Source: Octopus bimaculoides | Lineage: Eukaryota | Length of the DNA stretch: 50,835 nt | Assembly (NCBI RefSeq): GCF_001194135.2 | Contig: NC_068989.1 | Location: 14,860,580 to 14,911,414 of the forward strand | Reading direction: 5' to 3' | Shown here: one piece after another, positions 22,799 through 34,500 of the stretch | How the letters are laid out: each line of letters opens with the position of its first letter | Numbering within the stretch: the stretch's first letter is position 1 | The notes under the pieces: generated by a model | The model's database searches: none | Told to the model about the DNA's origin: nothing | What the model saw: the letters and a program-made list of their open reading frames with translations, nothing else | Made by a program: the position numbers and the translations under genes

Positions 22799-23322
22799 GA
22801 GGTCACAGAAAACGAGAAAGCAACAATATTCTGGGATATGCCAATACACACAGATAGAGAAATTAAGGCAAATAGACCAGATATAGTTGTCAGAGATCAT
22901 GAAGAAAAAAAATGCTTTCTAATTGATGTATCAATACCAGCAGATGACAATGTTTCCCTAAAAGAAATGGAGAAACTTCCAAAATACAAAGACCTGGAAA
23001 TAGAGGTAACTCGAATGTGGAATCTAAAAACAGAAACAATTCCTATCATAGTAGGTGCCTGAGGTATAATAAAAAAAAAAATATTCAGACAAATACATAA
23101 CAAAAACACCAGGACTTACAAATATATATTACATACAGAAAATTGCACTACTGGGCACTGCACACATCCTACGCAAAACACTTTCAATACAGTAACCATA
23201 AGAGCATCACAGCAAACCACAGCACATACCCAAGGCACACAGAGCTGCGCTTGGTAGTGAAGTGAAAGCACGTTATAAAAATAAAACCACTGAATAATAA
23301 TAATAATAACAACAATAATAAT
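22799..23322 (+). mobile_element. 5'-truncated R4/Dong-clade LINE: restriction-like endonuclease domain pseudogene, 3' UTR and (AAT)n tail
   Basis: IFWDMPIHTDREIKANRPDIVVRDHEEKKCFLIDVSIPADDNVSLKEMEKLPKYKDLEIEVTRMW..IPIIVGA*G..IQKIALLGTAHILRKTLSIQ* (PD-D-xK RLE); stop at 23060-23062, poly-A frameshift, terminal stop at 23193-23195; (AAT)n on both sides. Confidence 0.92.
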
Positions 23323-23534
23323 CCTTTCTATTATAGGTACAAGGCCTGAAATTTGGGAGGGGACTCATCAATTACATTGACCCAGTGTTTCACTGGTACT
23401 TTATTTACTGACCCTGAAAGGATGAAAGGCGAAGTCAGCCTCAGCGGAATTTGAACTCAGAACATAAACACGGACAAAATGCCACTAAGCATTTTGCCTG
23501 GCATGCTAATGATTCTACCAGCTCACTGCCTTAC

Positions 23535-23592
<58 letters not shown>

Positions 23593-23732
23593 TGATGATA
23601 ATAATCCTTTCTGTTACAGACACGAAACCTGAAATTTTGGGAAGAGGGGGTAGTCAATTAGGTCAACCCTAGTGCTTGACTGATCCTTATTTTATCGACC
23701 CCCAAACGGATAAAAGACAAAGTTGACCTTGA
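23320..23732 (-). mobile_element. Two head-to-tail family D SINEs (23320-23533 and 23600-23732) separated by (AAT)n
   Basis: Both show the AATCCTTTCT...AGGCCTGAAATTT tail and the GGATGAAAGG-like central domain. Confidence 0.85.
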
Positions 23733-24759
23733 CAGTGTGCTGACTTCATAGATTGCTTTCATCATTGAGAAAAAAAATTTTTTAAATAACAAAAAAATTT
23801 CAAAGAATTTATTTCTCTCATTGATTTTTGATAAAATTTTACACAATTATAAGCACACACACACAAAGTGCATATACTCTGCTTGTGCAAGAATCTCTCT
23901 TTTTTAAATACTTTACTCTATCATCACTTTTTCCTAAAATAAAAAAGAAAATGCTATTTTCCTTTATGGCCATTCAGATGTTAAAATGTATCATTTATCA
24001 CATCATTTAACACCCATTGTTCCGAAAGGCATCGACAGATCTTTATGCAAATCAACATTCATAAACCGTTCAACTCTTTCTTATACATATTCTGATGTTT
24101 CTTTTACAAAGTTCCTCCCTTAAATAACTGCTGTGTGTTTGTAAATTATGATTCCTTATCAATGAATGTTATTGCTTGTCTTTTGTTTCAGATTTCAGAC
24201 ACTAAACCCATTATCTTCGTATAAACACAACATTAGCCATTCTTCCAAATAATTTATTGTACAAGTAGTGAGCGAATCTGTTACTACGACTGAATAATAA
24301 TTCTTTGCTATTTCTAAAAATCTAGAAAAGATTCCCAATGGAAGAGTTATTGACCACATGCAATAATAGTATTAGAAATAATTTCAACTGTTGCTATTGG
24401 GATTTGCTTTCTTAAACTGTCTCTCTCCTCGTCTATCCATCCCACTGCTTGTCTCAATGTAGTTCTCTGAAAAACGGAAGACTATGTCTGTCATCATGAA
24501 GCTATGACACACATGTGTCAGCAGTGACATGTCACAGGAGGTGAGATATTAAATGACATGTGGATAGATTTATAGACTTTCAAAAAAGAACACAAAAAAA
24601 ATCTTCTTGCAATATCATTTTTTATATAATAAGCTTATCTATAAGCATCCATCTAAAACTAAAATACATGTAAAATGACACTTTAATAATAGGATTATTA
24701 AAGAAATTAATATTTTGATATGCTAAGCTAAAAAACGATAAAAATAGATTTTGCCATTG

Positions 24760-24950
24760 GGCTCTATGTAGTTGCTCATGCTGTTAGAAATAGCAGTCAT
24801 ATCTACCTCAAATCACACCTGTCCTACTTAAACAAAGTAGTATACATTGGATAACAATGTCATCCCTGATATACTAAATAGACAGGAAGGTCATGGCCAG
24901 AATGGCTTTGATCAAAGCTTACTTCTTGATCAGGGCTGATTAGATGCAAA
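24760..24950 (+). mobile_element. Family I repeat, degenerate
   Basis: TAGAAATAGCAG...CTCAAATCACACC...GGTCATGGCCAGAATGGCTTTGATCA. Confidence 0.65.
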
Positions 24951-25199
24951 GCAGTAAGTACAGTTGACCCTCACTCAGGAAATGTTCCCCAATTAACTAA
25001 TTAAGGACAACAAAACAGCAAAAAAATATTTGAGTAGCTGATAAAATTACCTGACAGTGTTCAGTTATTTAATGGTTTAACCAGAAAAGGAGAAAGCCAT
25101 GTCCTTGAACCCCTTTCAGGGGTTCCAAGCCTGGTGGAAAGAAGGGAGGAAGATTTCCTCAGACCAAAGACCACACCTAAATATTTGCAGAAGAATCGA

Positions 25200-25850
25200 T
25201 TATTCCATCCAGCCCTTCGTTCCTTTTAGAGCATAGGCCAGGGGTTTTCAAACTGTGGTCCGCAAGGACAAGACAGGGGGTCCGTGGACAGTAAATACTT
25301 TTTATGGGCAATTTGATTTTATATATGTTTTTTAATCAAAATCTTTTAATTGACAATAAACCTATTTTGTTAAATACTGTTAAATAAATAAATGTAAAAA
25401 TATATGTTTATTTAAGCAAATATTTGTGTATAAATTTCATAAGCGTTTATAAGGGGGTCCCTAAGGTAAAGCCTGAAATATAAAGGGGTCCGCAAGTCAA
25501 AAAGTTTGTAAACCCTTGGCATAGGCCATTGACAATTTTTCCCCACGGTTATCGATCCTGGGATGTCTTTTCTGTTTTTCTCCAGTTGGGTTCCTGCTCT
25601 TTCAGTTCTACCTCAGTATCCCACTTGCAGCTATTTTTAAGGGTATCCTCTCTTACACCCCCCCTCATGGGATCCAGGTCAGGGTCTGATGCGTAATGCA
25701 AATGTTGGTTTATTTTGTTAAATCATGTCATATGTTTCCCCAAGAGATGGTCTTCCTCCCCAGGTCTTGATGGGGTTTTTTTTTATTGCCATTGATGTTT
25801 CTGTAACTTTGCTTTTTCTAGGTAAGGGTGTTGGTCCTATGTAAACCTAT
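25200..25850 (-). pseudogene. RTE-clade LINE 3' end interrupted by a hAT MITE
   Basis: Minus strand RGYPKNS..TEVELKEQEPNWRKTEKTSQDR*PWGKIVNGLC|SKRNEG once the MITE and one TSD are removed. Confidence 0.75.
25239..25518. mobile_element. hAT-superfamily MITE (280 bp) with a perfect 8-bp TSD
   Basis: TSD GCATAGGC at 25231-25238 and 25519-25526; TIR CAGGGGTTTTCAAACT / CAAGGGTTTACAAACT (14/16); subterminal GGGGTCC motifs. Confidence 0.92.
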
Positions 25851-25865
25851 TTTTTCTGCTTGGTA

Positions 25866-26142
25866 GTGAAGGTGCATGGCTCAGTGGTTAATGCATCTGG
25901 CTCACAATCATGAGGTAGCAAGTTCGATTCCCAGACTGGGTTGTGTTGCATTCTTGAGCAAAACACTTTACTTCACATTGCTCCAGTTCACTCAGCTGTA
26001 GAAATGAGTTGCGACATCACTGGTGCCTAGCTGTATTGGCCCCTTTGCCTTTCCCTTGGGTAACATCGATGGCATGGAGAGGGAGACTGGTATGCATGGG
26101 CAACTTCTGGTCTTCCAAAAGGGGTCTTCACCCTTTACCCTC
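25866..26142 (+). mobile_element. Family C SINE with an internal deletion
   Basis: Colinear with 13196-13525. Confidence 0.87.
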
Positions 26143-26392
26143 TTGTGGCCCATATTCATCTATTTTCTATCCTTTGATTTGTCCAGTATGGGAGGCTTGG
26201 AGCTTGCACTCTACTGACACAGCTCTCAGGGTCAGTGAAGAATACAAGTCACCACACTCAACAAGGACTGGACATTGTGATGGTTGCAACAGAATGGACT
26301 CCACTGATGATAACCAGAGGTTAGGCGGCATTATTAAACCAGGCAATGGAATAAATCTTCCTCCCACCAAGAACTGAAATAATCTTGCTGAT

Positions 26393-26510
26393 AGGCTTCA
26401 ATACAGTTTCCATCTACCAAACTTCACATTCAATGTATTGGTTGAACCAAGGTTGTAATTAATAAAAGATACTTGCCCAAGGTGATGTGCAGTGTGATTT
26501 GACTTGAAAT
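26393..26510 (-). mobile_element. Old family A head fragment
   Basis: GGCTTCAATACAGTTTCCATCTACCAAA...ACTTGCCCAAGGTG. Confidence 0.65.
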
Positions 26511-26639
26511 CCTGCTGTTGTGAAATTTCACCCAACTGCATCCTAAATTCAAATCCTACTCAAGTTATCTTCGGATGAGAGGTACAAGTCAAGTACAGGA
26601 GGTAACTAGCCTCCTCCTCATCCTAAAATAGGTGATGGG

Positions 26640-27732
26640 TTAGCAGAATTGTGTGTACATTGAACTAAATGGCTGGTGACATTTCTTCCGGATCTAAACA
26701 TTTTGCATTCAAATCCTGCTAAGATCAATTTTGCCCTCCATCCTTTTGAGGGTTGATAAAATAAGTGCCAGTTGATTGCACTGGAGGAGATTTAAGGGAC
26801 ATAAGAATCGCTGGTCTTGCATCAAAAAATTTTGTAAGAATAATTATTAATATTATTATTATGTTTTTTTTCTTCTTTCTTCAAATGTTATTCCATTTCT
26901 CGCTGAGTGTTTTCCGTACACCTAGGGCAGAGAAGCTCATTCTATATGCATTCCCAGTTTACACACGCAAATTCACAAGTAAAATATGTATTTTAAAAAA
27001 AATTAATAAATAAATAAATTCATGAATCAATGTTGTTTTCACAGCGATAATGCTCTTCTCAGTAGATGAGTCATTCCAGTTAACACGATTTTTTGCACTT
27101 CCTGTAGGGATGGTAAGCCTGGTATAATTTTCAAATAGATTTCAGTACCTTTTTTTTTATCATTCCTAGAGATCCTACAATCACTGGTATGGTAGTCACC
27201 TTGAGATGCCACATTTTTACAATTTCTGTTAGCAAATTATTATGATTATTATTAATGCGCTGAGCTGGCAGAATCGTTAGCACACTGGACGAAATGTTTA
27301 ATGGTATTTTGTCTTTTGCTACATTCTGAGTTCAAATGCTGTCAAGATCAACTTTGCCTTTCATCCTTTTGGGGTCAATGAAATAAGTACCCGTTGAGCA
27401 GTGGGGTTGATGTAATTGCTTTATTTCTTCCCCACAAAATTTCAGGCCTTATGCTTATAACAGAAAGGATTATCATTATTAAAAATAATATTTATTTTAC
27501 AAGGTAGTGAACCGGCAGAATCGTTAGTATGCCAGGCAAAATAAATTCTTAGCGGTATTTTGTCTGCCACTACATTCCGAGTTCAAATTCCACTGAAGTC
27601 GACTTTATCTTTCATCTTTCTGTGTCAATTAACAAAGTACCAGTTACACACTGGGGTCGATGCAATCAACTTAATCCCTTCCTCCAAACTGAAGGCCTTG
27701 TGCTTCTAGTAGAAAGAATTATTATTATTATT
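26640..27732 (+). mobile_element. Three family D SINEs (26640-26860, 27256-27480, 27501-27732), each ending in (ATT)n
   Basis: Repeated GGCAGAATCGTTAG-like heads and central domains. Confidence 0.85.
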
Positions 27733-27733
27733 A

Positions 27734-28066
27734 GTGGAGGCGGAATGGTCCAGTGGTAAGGACAGTGGACTCGCGGTTGGAGGATCGTGGTTTCTATTCC
27801 CAGACCAGGCGTTGTGAGTGTTTATTGAGCGAAACTACCTAAGCTCCACGAGGCTCTGGCAGGGGGTGGTGTCGACCCCTGTTGTACTCTTTCGCCCCAA
27901 CGTTCTCTCACTCTTTCTTCCTGTTTCTTGAGTAATGCTGTGATGGACTGGCATCCCATCCAGCTGGGNNNNNNNNNNNNNGGGGGGGGGGGGAACACAT
28001 ACGCCATAGAAACTGGGAAACCAGGCCCATGAGCCTGGCTAGGCTTTGAAAGGGCGACGTTTATCG

Positions 28067-28105
<39 letters not shown>
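27734..28105 (+). mobile_element. B-headed SINE with a different 3' module (B')
   Basis: B head through CTTCCTGTTTCT, then GATGGACTGGCATCCCATCCAG..GGG..CATAGAAACTGGGAAACCAGGCCCATGAGCC, then (ATT)n. Confidence 0.85.
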
Positions 28106-29010
28106 CATCATCATTTAAATCCTGCCAAAGTTGCATTTCATTTCCCACTCCCAAGGTTGAAGAAATTAAGTACCACTTAAGAACTGGGATTCATGGAATT
28201 CACTCAGCTACCTCCCACTAAAATTGTTAGCCTAAGCCAAAATTTGTAAGAACTACCGCTGCCACTATCACCAGTACAATCCCTGGGCGCTATGCTAATA
28301 AAAGGAGTTGTGTTCTTAAACACGATATGTTACCATACTTTTAAATTAGCTCGCTGAATTTGAGATTATTTCCAAACTCTTCAGCCTCAAGTGGAAAGAC
28401 CAGAACATGAAATCACAAAAATGACTGTACTTCTGGGTTAGAAGAATTATATATACCTGGTGATTTACAATTGACAGCGAAACCACATGAACTTGAGAAT
28501 TGGATTTGAATTCAAAGTTATTTCAAGTTCATTAGGTACATTTTGATATCTAGAGAGGCAATCAAACATGGCTAGAACTGTATAATGATTTCAACACCTG
28601 CAATAATTACAGTACAAAGACTATAATTTTAGCCACAAAGACTATCATTGAAGCTTTTCTAATCTGTTGTAGTAATTACAAGATTCCATGTCTTGTACTT
28701 AACGAAGTTACCGTTCTCTGAACCCCTTCATTCTTATTAGTTTTTCTTTGTCTTATAGGACCTAATTAAACTACTGTAATTAGGATCTAATACAACATGG
28801 GTATTTCAAAATTAAAATGGTCAAAATATTTACTCGTTGAACTTTCTGGCCATCAAGGACCATTTTGTTAATTTGGTGTTGCCAAAGTAACTATACAACA
28901 ATTTGAACTGTCACCATATCTACTATTTCTGATAGAATTAGTTGATTATAACAAATTATAGCATGTCCATATTATCATTTGTATTTTTATTTTTGTTACT
29001 CCATGCAACG

Positions 29011-29070
29011 TGGAGGCGCAATGGCCCAGTGGTTAGGGCAGCGGACTCGTGGTCATAGGATCGCGGTTTC
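29011..29070 (+). mobile_element. Isolated family B tRNA-like head, truncated within the B box
   Basis: TGGAGGCGCAATGGCCCAGTGGTTAGGGCAGCGGACTCGTGGTCATAGGATCGCGGTTTC. Confidence 0.85.
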
Positions 29071-29246
29071 TTTATTCTTTATTTTTAGGAATCAAAAGAG
29101 GCCCATAGGGGTCAAATGTTTTGAGAAACATTGGGTTGAATCCATATGGCCCCNNNNNNNNNNNNNNNNNNNNNNNNNNNNNNNNNNNNNNNNNNNNNNN
29201 NNNNNNNNNNNNNNNNNNNNNNNNNNNNNNNNNNNNNNNNNNNNNN

Positions 29247-29840
29247 CACACAGCAAAATTGTAAATTAGGTATCCTCAATAGTTTTTTGAGGAACCCTGA
29301 AAAATTTTGTTTTTCAGGTGCCCTCAAATGCATGTTTTAGATGTATGTATTGGTATTTATTGCAAGAAACAACTGGGTTTCTTTCTCTAACATTTTACAT
29401 AGTTCAACCTACACAAGTTAATGTGTGAAAAGCAAAATAGGAATTTTGAAAAAAAGTATCTATAAAACTAGTTTTTAACCCATAAACTGCTGAGATTTTG
29501 CTGTACGTAACACGAACTGCTTGAGCCTATTTCGGGTAAAGGTCAACATCGATCTACCACTCGAAAAAAATACTCAGTGTTTTTTAACACCTTCTGTGAT
29601 TTGGCTACACTGTTTCTGGAGTGAAAGGGTATTGTGTGCATACATTATACGTCATCAAAATTAGGTCAGATCATGCCCTACTTCCGTGGCCACGCACATG
29701 GACTGTCGCACTGTCATGTTGGCCACTGAGGTGGCCTATCGCAGTTTATGGGCTAAACATCAAATGGCTATGGGGGTCCACCAGAATAAAACAGTAATCA
29801 AAGGGGTCTGTAGATAAAAAAACAGTTGAGACTCCCAGGG
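29247..29840. mobile_element. Probable hAT-like MITE remnant hosting a piggyBac MITE
   Basis: GGGGTCC subterminal motifs and GTTGAGACTCCC end; left end lies in a gap. Confidence 0.4.
29479..29752. mobile_element. piggyBac-type MITE, family G copy 1 (274 bp)
   Basis: TTAA (29475-29478), CCCATAAACTG...CAGTTTATGGG, then CTAA; reverse complement of 38848-39119. Confidence 0.9.
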
Positions 29841-30330
29841 GTAAATAAAAAAAGTGATGCCAAAGATAGAGCCACCACCCTCCATTTTTTTATCATTGAT
29901 GGTACTACTTATTTCATAAATTTTGGGGAGAAGATTGAACAACCAGGTCAACATTTTATATTAGCTTGACCTCTGTTATATTCTATGCCTACTTCAGCAG
30001 GTGAATCTAGGTTCGTTGAAGCTGAGATTGTTTTCTTAGATAAAAAAAAAAAAAATTCACAGCACACCGACAGTCAAAAGATTTATGGCAAAAGATAAGA
30101 TAGATACTGATAGTAACTTGCTAATGTTTCATCATTTCTTTATGAAAATTGAAATGTGTTGGTGCTGCTGTTGCTGCCGCTGCTGTTGTTGTTTAGCCCT
30201 GAGTAAGCCCCGAGATCAAGCAGGCTAACTGATCCAAGGCACTCCAGTCTGTATCATCCCAACTTTTATTCAGAAACAGAATATTTAAGATGACATTACC
30301 CAATGTGTCTTCTTTTATTCAAACAGTGTA

Positions 30331-30555
30331 TACATATGTGGGTAGTCTTTGTTTGTCCTCCCGCCATCACTTGATAACCAATGTTGGTATGTTTATGTCC
30401 TCGTAACTTAGCTGTTCGGCAAAAGAGACCAATAGAATAAGTACTAGGCTTACAAAGAATAAGTCCTTTGGTCAAGTTTTTCAACTAAAACACTTTTAAG
30501 GCAGTGTTCCAGCATGGCCACAGTCAAATGACTGAAACAAGTGAATGGTAAAAGG
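30331..30555 (+). mobile_element. Family A 3' half
   Basis: GTAACTTAGCTGTTCGGCAAAAGAGACC...CAGCATGGCCACAGTCAAATGACTGAAACAAG. Confidence 0.85.
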
Positions 30556-31558
30556 TAAGGGGTTAAGAAAGTGGGTACTAAAACAATGCTGTTGAGAATG
30601 ATGATGACCCAACTGTTCCAAGTTCAAATCCCAGCTGAGTCAACTTTATCTTGACACCTTTTTAGGGTAACTATGATAATAAATGGCAGCAATGAAACAG
30701 ATTAAATATAACCCCTTTTTTTTCTTCCTTTTTCATCTAAAAAGAAGACAGAGAAAAAGAAAAGAAGAAAAGGAAAAAAAAGATAAATTCTGAATAAATA
30801 CTGACAAAGACTGCTAACCAGAACAAAAAAACCCACATAAGTTAAGAATGTGGAAGAGTTGTCTAGGAAAATATGAACTTAAAAAAATAAAGAATAAAGA
30901 AATTTTAAAACCAACAAATAGCCAGATTGTAATTATGTGGCAGATATGAACAACAAGTGGTGTAGCAAGGAGAAGGTGCATAGAAGTGAAAGTAAATTTG
31001 GGGGTGGGGGTTTGTGTTTTTTTTTCTTTTTTTTTTTTTCTTTTTTTTTTGCAGTCATTTCATCTAACAAGTGTAGAGACACACCCAGACAGAGTATGAT
31101 TACAATATCTGCAATAGAAATCATGCAACTAACTGGTTCATAGCCTTCTCATTTCTTGCCTAAACCCAGAGCTCATTAATTTAAAATATAAACAAGTTAT
31201 TCTCTGAAGCAAACTGGTAACTTAAACGATGATGTAATAATGATTTTTGACAAAACAGTTTAAGCTACTACCCAGTTAGTCAGTCAGTCAGTCAATCTTC
31301 TTTTTTCCCCCCTCATAATGCCTATGTTTTTTTTTTTTATTTCCTTTCAACTATTGACCTTCAAATTTTTCTTTTCATTTTTCTTTTTTTTTTTTTTGTA
31401 AATGTGGATTTTTAAACTGTATGACTTAACAATCGCCCAGCTGTTCCTATCAACAATCCCAGCCTAGCAGAGCCTAAAATGGCTATGAAGTACTGTTTAT
31501 CATCCTCCTCCTCCTCCTCTTCCTCCTCTTCCTTCTCTTCTCACACTTCCTGGCACAA

Positions 31559-31710
31559 AATAATTGTTTCTAATTTAGGCACAAGGCCAGAAATTTTGAG
31601 AGGTGCGGGGGAGGGGGAAGTGACATCACCAAACCAGTACTTGATTGGTGCTTTCTTTTATCAAGCCTGGAGGAATGAAAGGCAAAACTGACCAAGGAAG
31701 GATTTGAACT
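31559..31710 (-). mobile_element. Degenerate family D SINE
   Basis: GGCACAAGGCCAGAAATTTT...GAATGAAAGGCAAAA...GATTTGAACTC. Confidence 0.7.
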
Positions 31711-31781
31711 CCAGTTCAAGGTATTATGTTATATACATACATACATACATACATACACACACACACATACATACACATACA

Positions 31782-32235
31782 TTGTTGGCACTCCGTTGCT
31801 TACGACGTCGAGGGTTCCAGTCAATCCGATCAACGGAACAGCCTGCTCGTGAAATTAACGTGCAAGTGGCTGAGCACTCCACAGACACGTGTACCTTTTA
31901 ACGTAGTTCTCGGGGGATATTCAGCGTAACACAGTGTGACAAGGCTGGCCCTTTGAATTACAGGCACAACAGAAANNNNNNNNNNTATTCAGCGTAACAC
32001 AGTGTGACAAGGCTGGCCCTTTGAATTACAGGCACAACAGAAACAGGAAGTAAGAGTGAGAGAAAGTTGTGGTGGAAGAGTACAGCAGGGTTCGCCACCA
32101 TCCCCTGCCGGAGCCTCGTGGAGCTTCAGGTGTTTTCGCTCAATAAACACTCACAACGCCCGCTCTGGGAATAATGAAACCGCAATCCTATGACCGCGAG
32201 TCCGCTGCCCTAACCACTGGGCCATTGCGCCTCCA
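31782..32235 (-). mobile_element. Full-length family B SINE in a (CATA)n/(CA)n tract (contains an assembly duplication)
   Basis: Head at 32235, tail GTGCCAACAA at 31782; ~58 bp repeated across the 10-N gap at 31976-31985. Confidence 0.92.
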
Positions 32236-32277
32236 CACACACACACACACACANNNNNNNNNNGGCCATTGCGCCTC

Positions 32278-32309
<32 letters not shown>

Positions 32310-32337
32310 TACATACATACATACATACATACATACA

Positions 32338-32606
32338 ATCATCATCATCATTTAACATCCATTTTCCATGCTGGCATGGGTTCGAAGGTTTGACAGGAAC
32401 TAGCAAAGCCAGAAGCCATACCAGGTTGCATTGTCTGTTTTTGGCATGGTTTCTACAGTTGGATGCCATTTGTAACATCATCACTTTACACAGTACACTG
32501 GGTGCTTTTTAGGTGGCGGCAGCACCAGTTCTTTTTACATGGCACCCGCATTAATGCTCTTTATACGGAATTAGCACCAACAAGGTCACCAAGTAGCTTG
32601 CAAGAC
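32338..32606 (-). mobile_element. Family F (RTE-type 3' UTR)
   Basis: (ATC)n ATTTAACATCC..TTTCCATGCTGGCATGGG...TTTCTACAGTTGGATGCC. Confidence 0.8.
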
Positions 32607-34500
32607 AAAACTCTTCATATATATATATATATATATANNNNNNNNNNNNNNNNNNNNNNNNNNNNNNNNNNNNNNNNNNNNNNNNNNNNNNNNNNNNNNN
32701 NNNNNNNNNNNNNNNNNNNNNNNNNNNNNNNNNNNNNNNNNNNNNNNNNNNNNNNNNNNNNNNNNNNNNNNNNNNNNNNNNNNNNNNNNNNNNNNNNNNN
32801 NNNNNNNNNNNNNNNNNNNNNNNNNNNNNNNNNNNNNNNNNNNNNNNNNNNNNNNNNNNNNNNNNNNNNNNNNNNNNNNNNNNNNNNNNNNNNNNNNNNN
32901 NNNNNNNNNNNNNNNNNNNNNNNNNNNNNNNNNNNNNNNNNNNNNNNNNNNNNNNNNNNNNNNNNNNNNNNNNNNNNNNNNNNNNNNNNNNNNNNNNNNN
33001 NNNNNNNNNNNNNNNNNNNNNNNNNNNNNNNNNNNNNNNNNNNNNNNNNNNNNNNNNNNNNNNNNNNNNNNNNNNNNNNNNNNNNNNNNNNNNNNNNNNN
33101 NNNNNNNNNNNNNNNNNNNNNNNNNNNNNNNNNNNNNNNNNNNNNNNNNNNNNNNNNNNNNNNNNNNNNNNNNNNNNNNNNNNNNNNNNNNNNNNNNNNN
33201 NNNNNNNNNNNNNNNNNNNNNNNNNNNNNNNNNNNNNNNNNNNNNNNNNNNNNNNNNNNNNNNNNNNGTTTTTTTATGGGGTTAGTCAGAAAAAGTAAAG
33301 TAATGCCTATGTCCATTTTGCAGAGCCTCCAGGATGAGGATAGGAAAAAAAAAAGAAAAAAAAAAAAGAAACCACAACACATGTATATTCTTCTAGTCAG
33401 AGGTCTGGGCCCAAAAGCCTTCCAAAGGTTGAAGGTACCCAAAGGCAAGGTGGTGATGCTATTGAATAGGAAATTGATGGCAGTGTCTTTATAAACGAAA
33501 ATATTCAGAATATGTATTCTGAATATACTACAGCAAGTATGTGAGGCAATGTCGATGCTTCTTATTTGATATTAAATCTCATTTTGAAAGGCACATTGTA
33601 ATTGTCAGTTATTCTTGTAATAGACCCATACAACATCCACCATGTACTTCACAAGCAATTCATCATTTTTTTTCTATCACCCACCGCCGTCGCCACTATC
33701 AGTCAGCCGGAATATTCTCCCACTCACAGGAGGTGCTGGTAGATACCGCAAGAAAAGATTGCTAAATTGTGTTCTATTTTTATAAACACCCACAACTGTC
33801 TACTTACTTTTAACCAAGGCAGAGATTGTTGAGGGTGGGCTGAGTAGAGTAGGGGGAGAAGTCATTCTGTGATCCTACAAAAGTTCAAAGTTTAACAGAG
33901 TAGAAGAGAAATCAATTTTGGTGGTGGGTTTTTTAGTCATCTTTTTTTTTTATTTCCTTGGTATTATAAAGGGATCCAGCCCTTCAGTTGTAACCCTGTC
34001 ATCAGACATGGGTCTCAACAATCTCCATAGTTCAGAATAGTTTTGGCCATAGTAAACTAGGTTAATATATTTGTTTTTTGTTGACTGTGAATGGTATAAG
34101 GAAGGGGACATGAGAACTTGGTAGCTGTCAAAATAGTTCATTGCTTTCTGGTGACTTAAATGATGAAGCCAGAGCTGTATAACCACTCCAATTAAGTCTT
34201 CAACTACATTTTAAAAACCTCTCCAATAAAAATGCTGACCTACACCATAGACAACTCCGATCCTATGCTAACCTTCAGTACAACCCCATCCCACCTGCAA
34301 TGCAATGATGGCACATACATGCACTATAAAACCACCACCAATAAAATACTGATCTACATTTATAAGACCACTCTGAAATAATGCAGACCAGTCCAATGAT
34401 ATACTCTTTACTCTTTTACTTGTTTCAGTCATTTGATTTCTAAAACTTGTGCAACTATGGCATAATTCTTTCGGCATGGCATGTTTTGGCACAGCTGTTT

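Noticed and set aside
31916-32290. Apparent duplications within and after the B SINE (31976-31985 and 32254-32263)
   Set aside because: Same 10-N overlap artefact.
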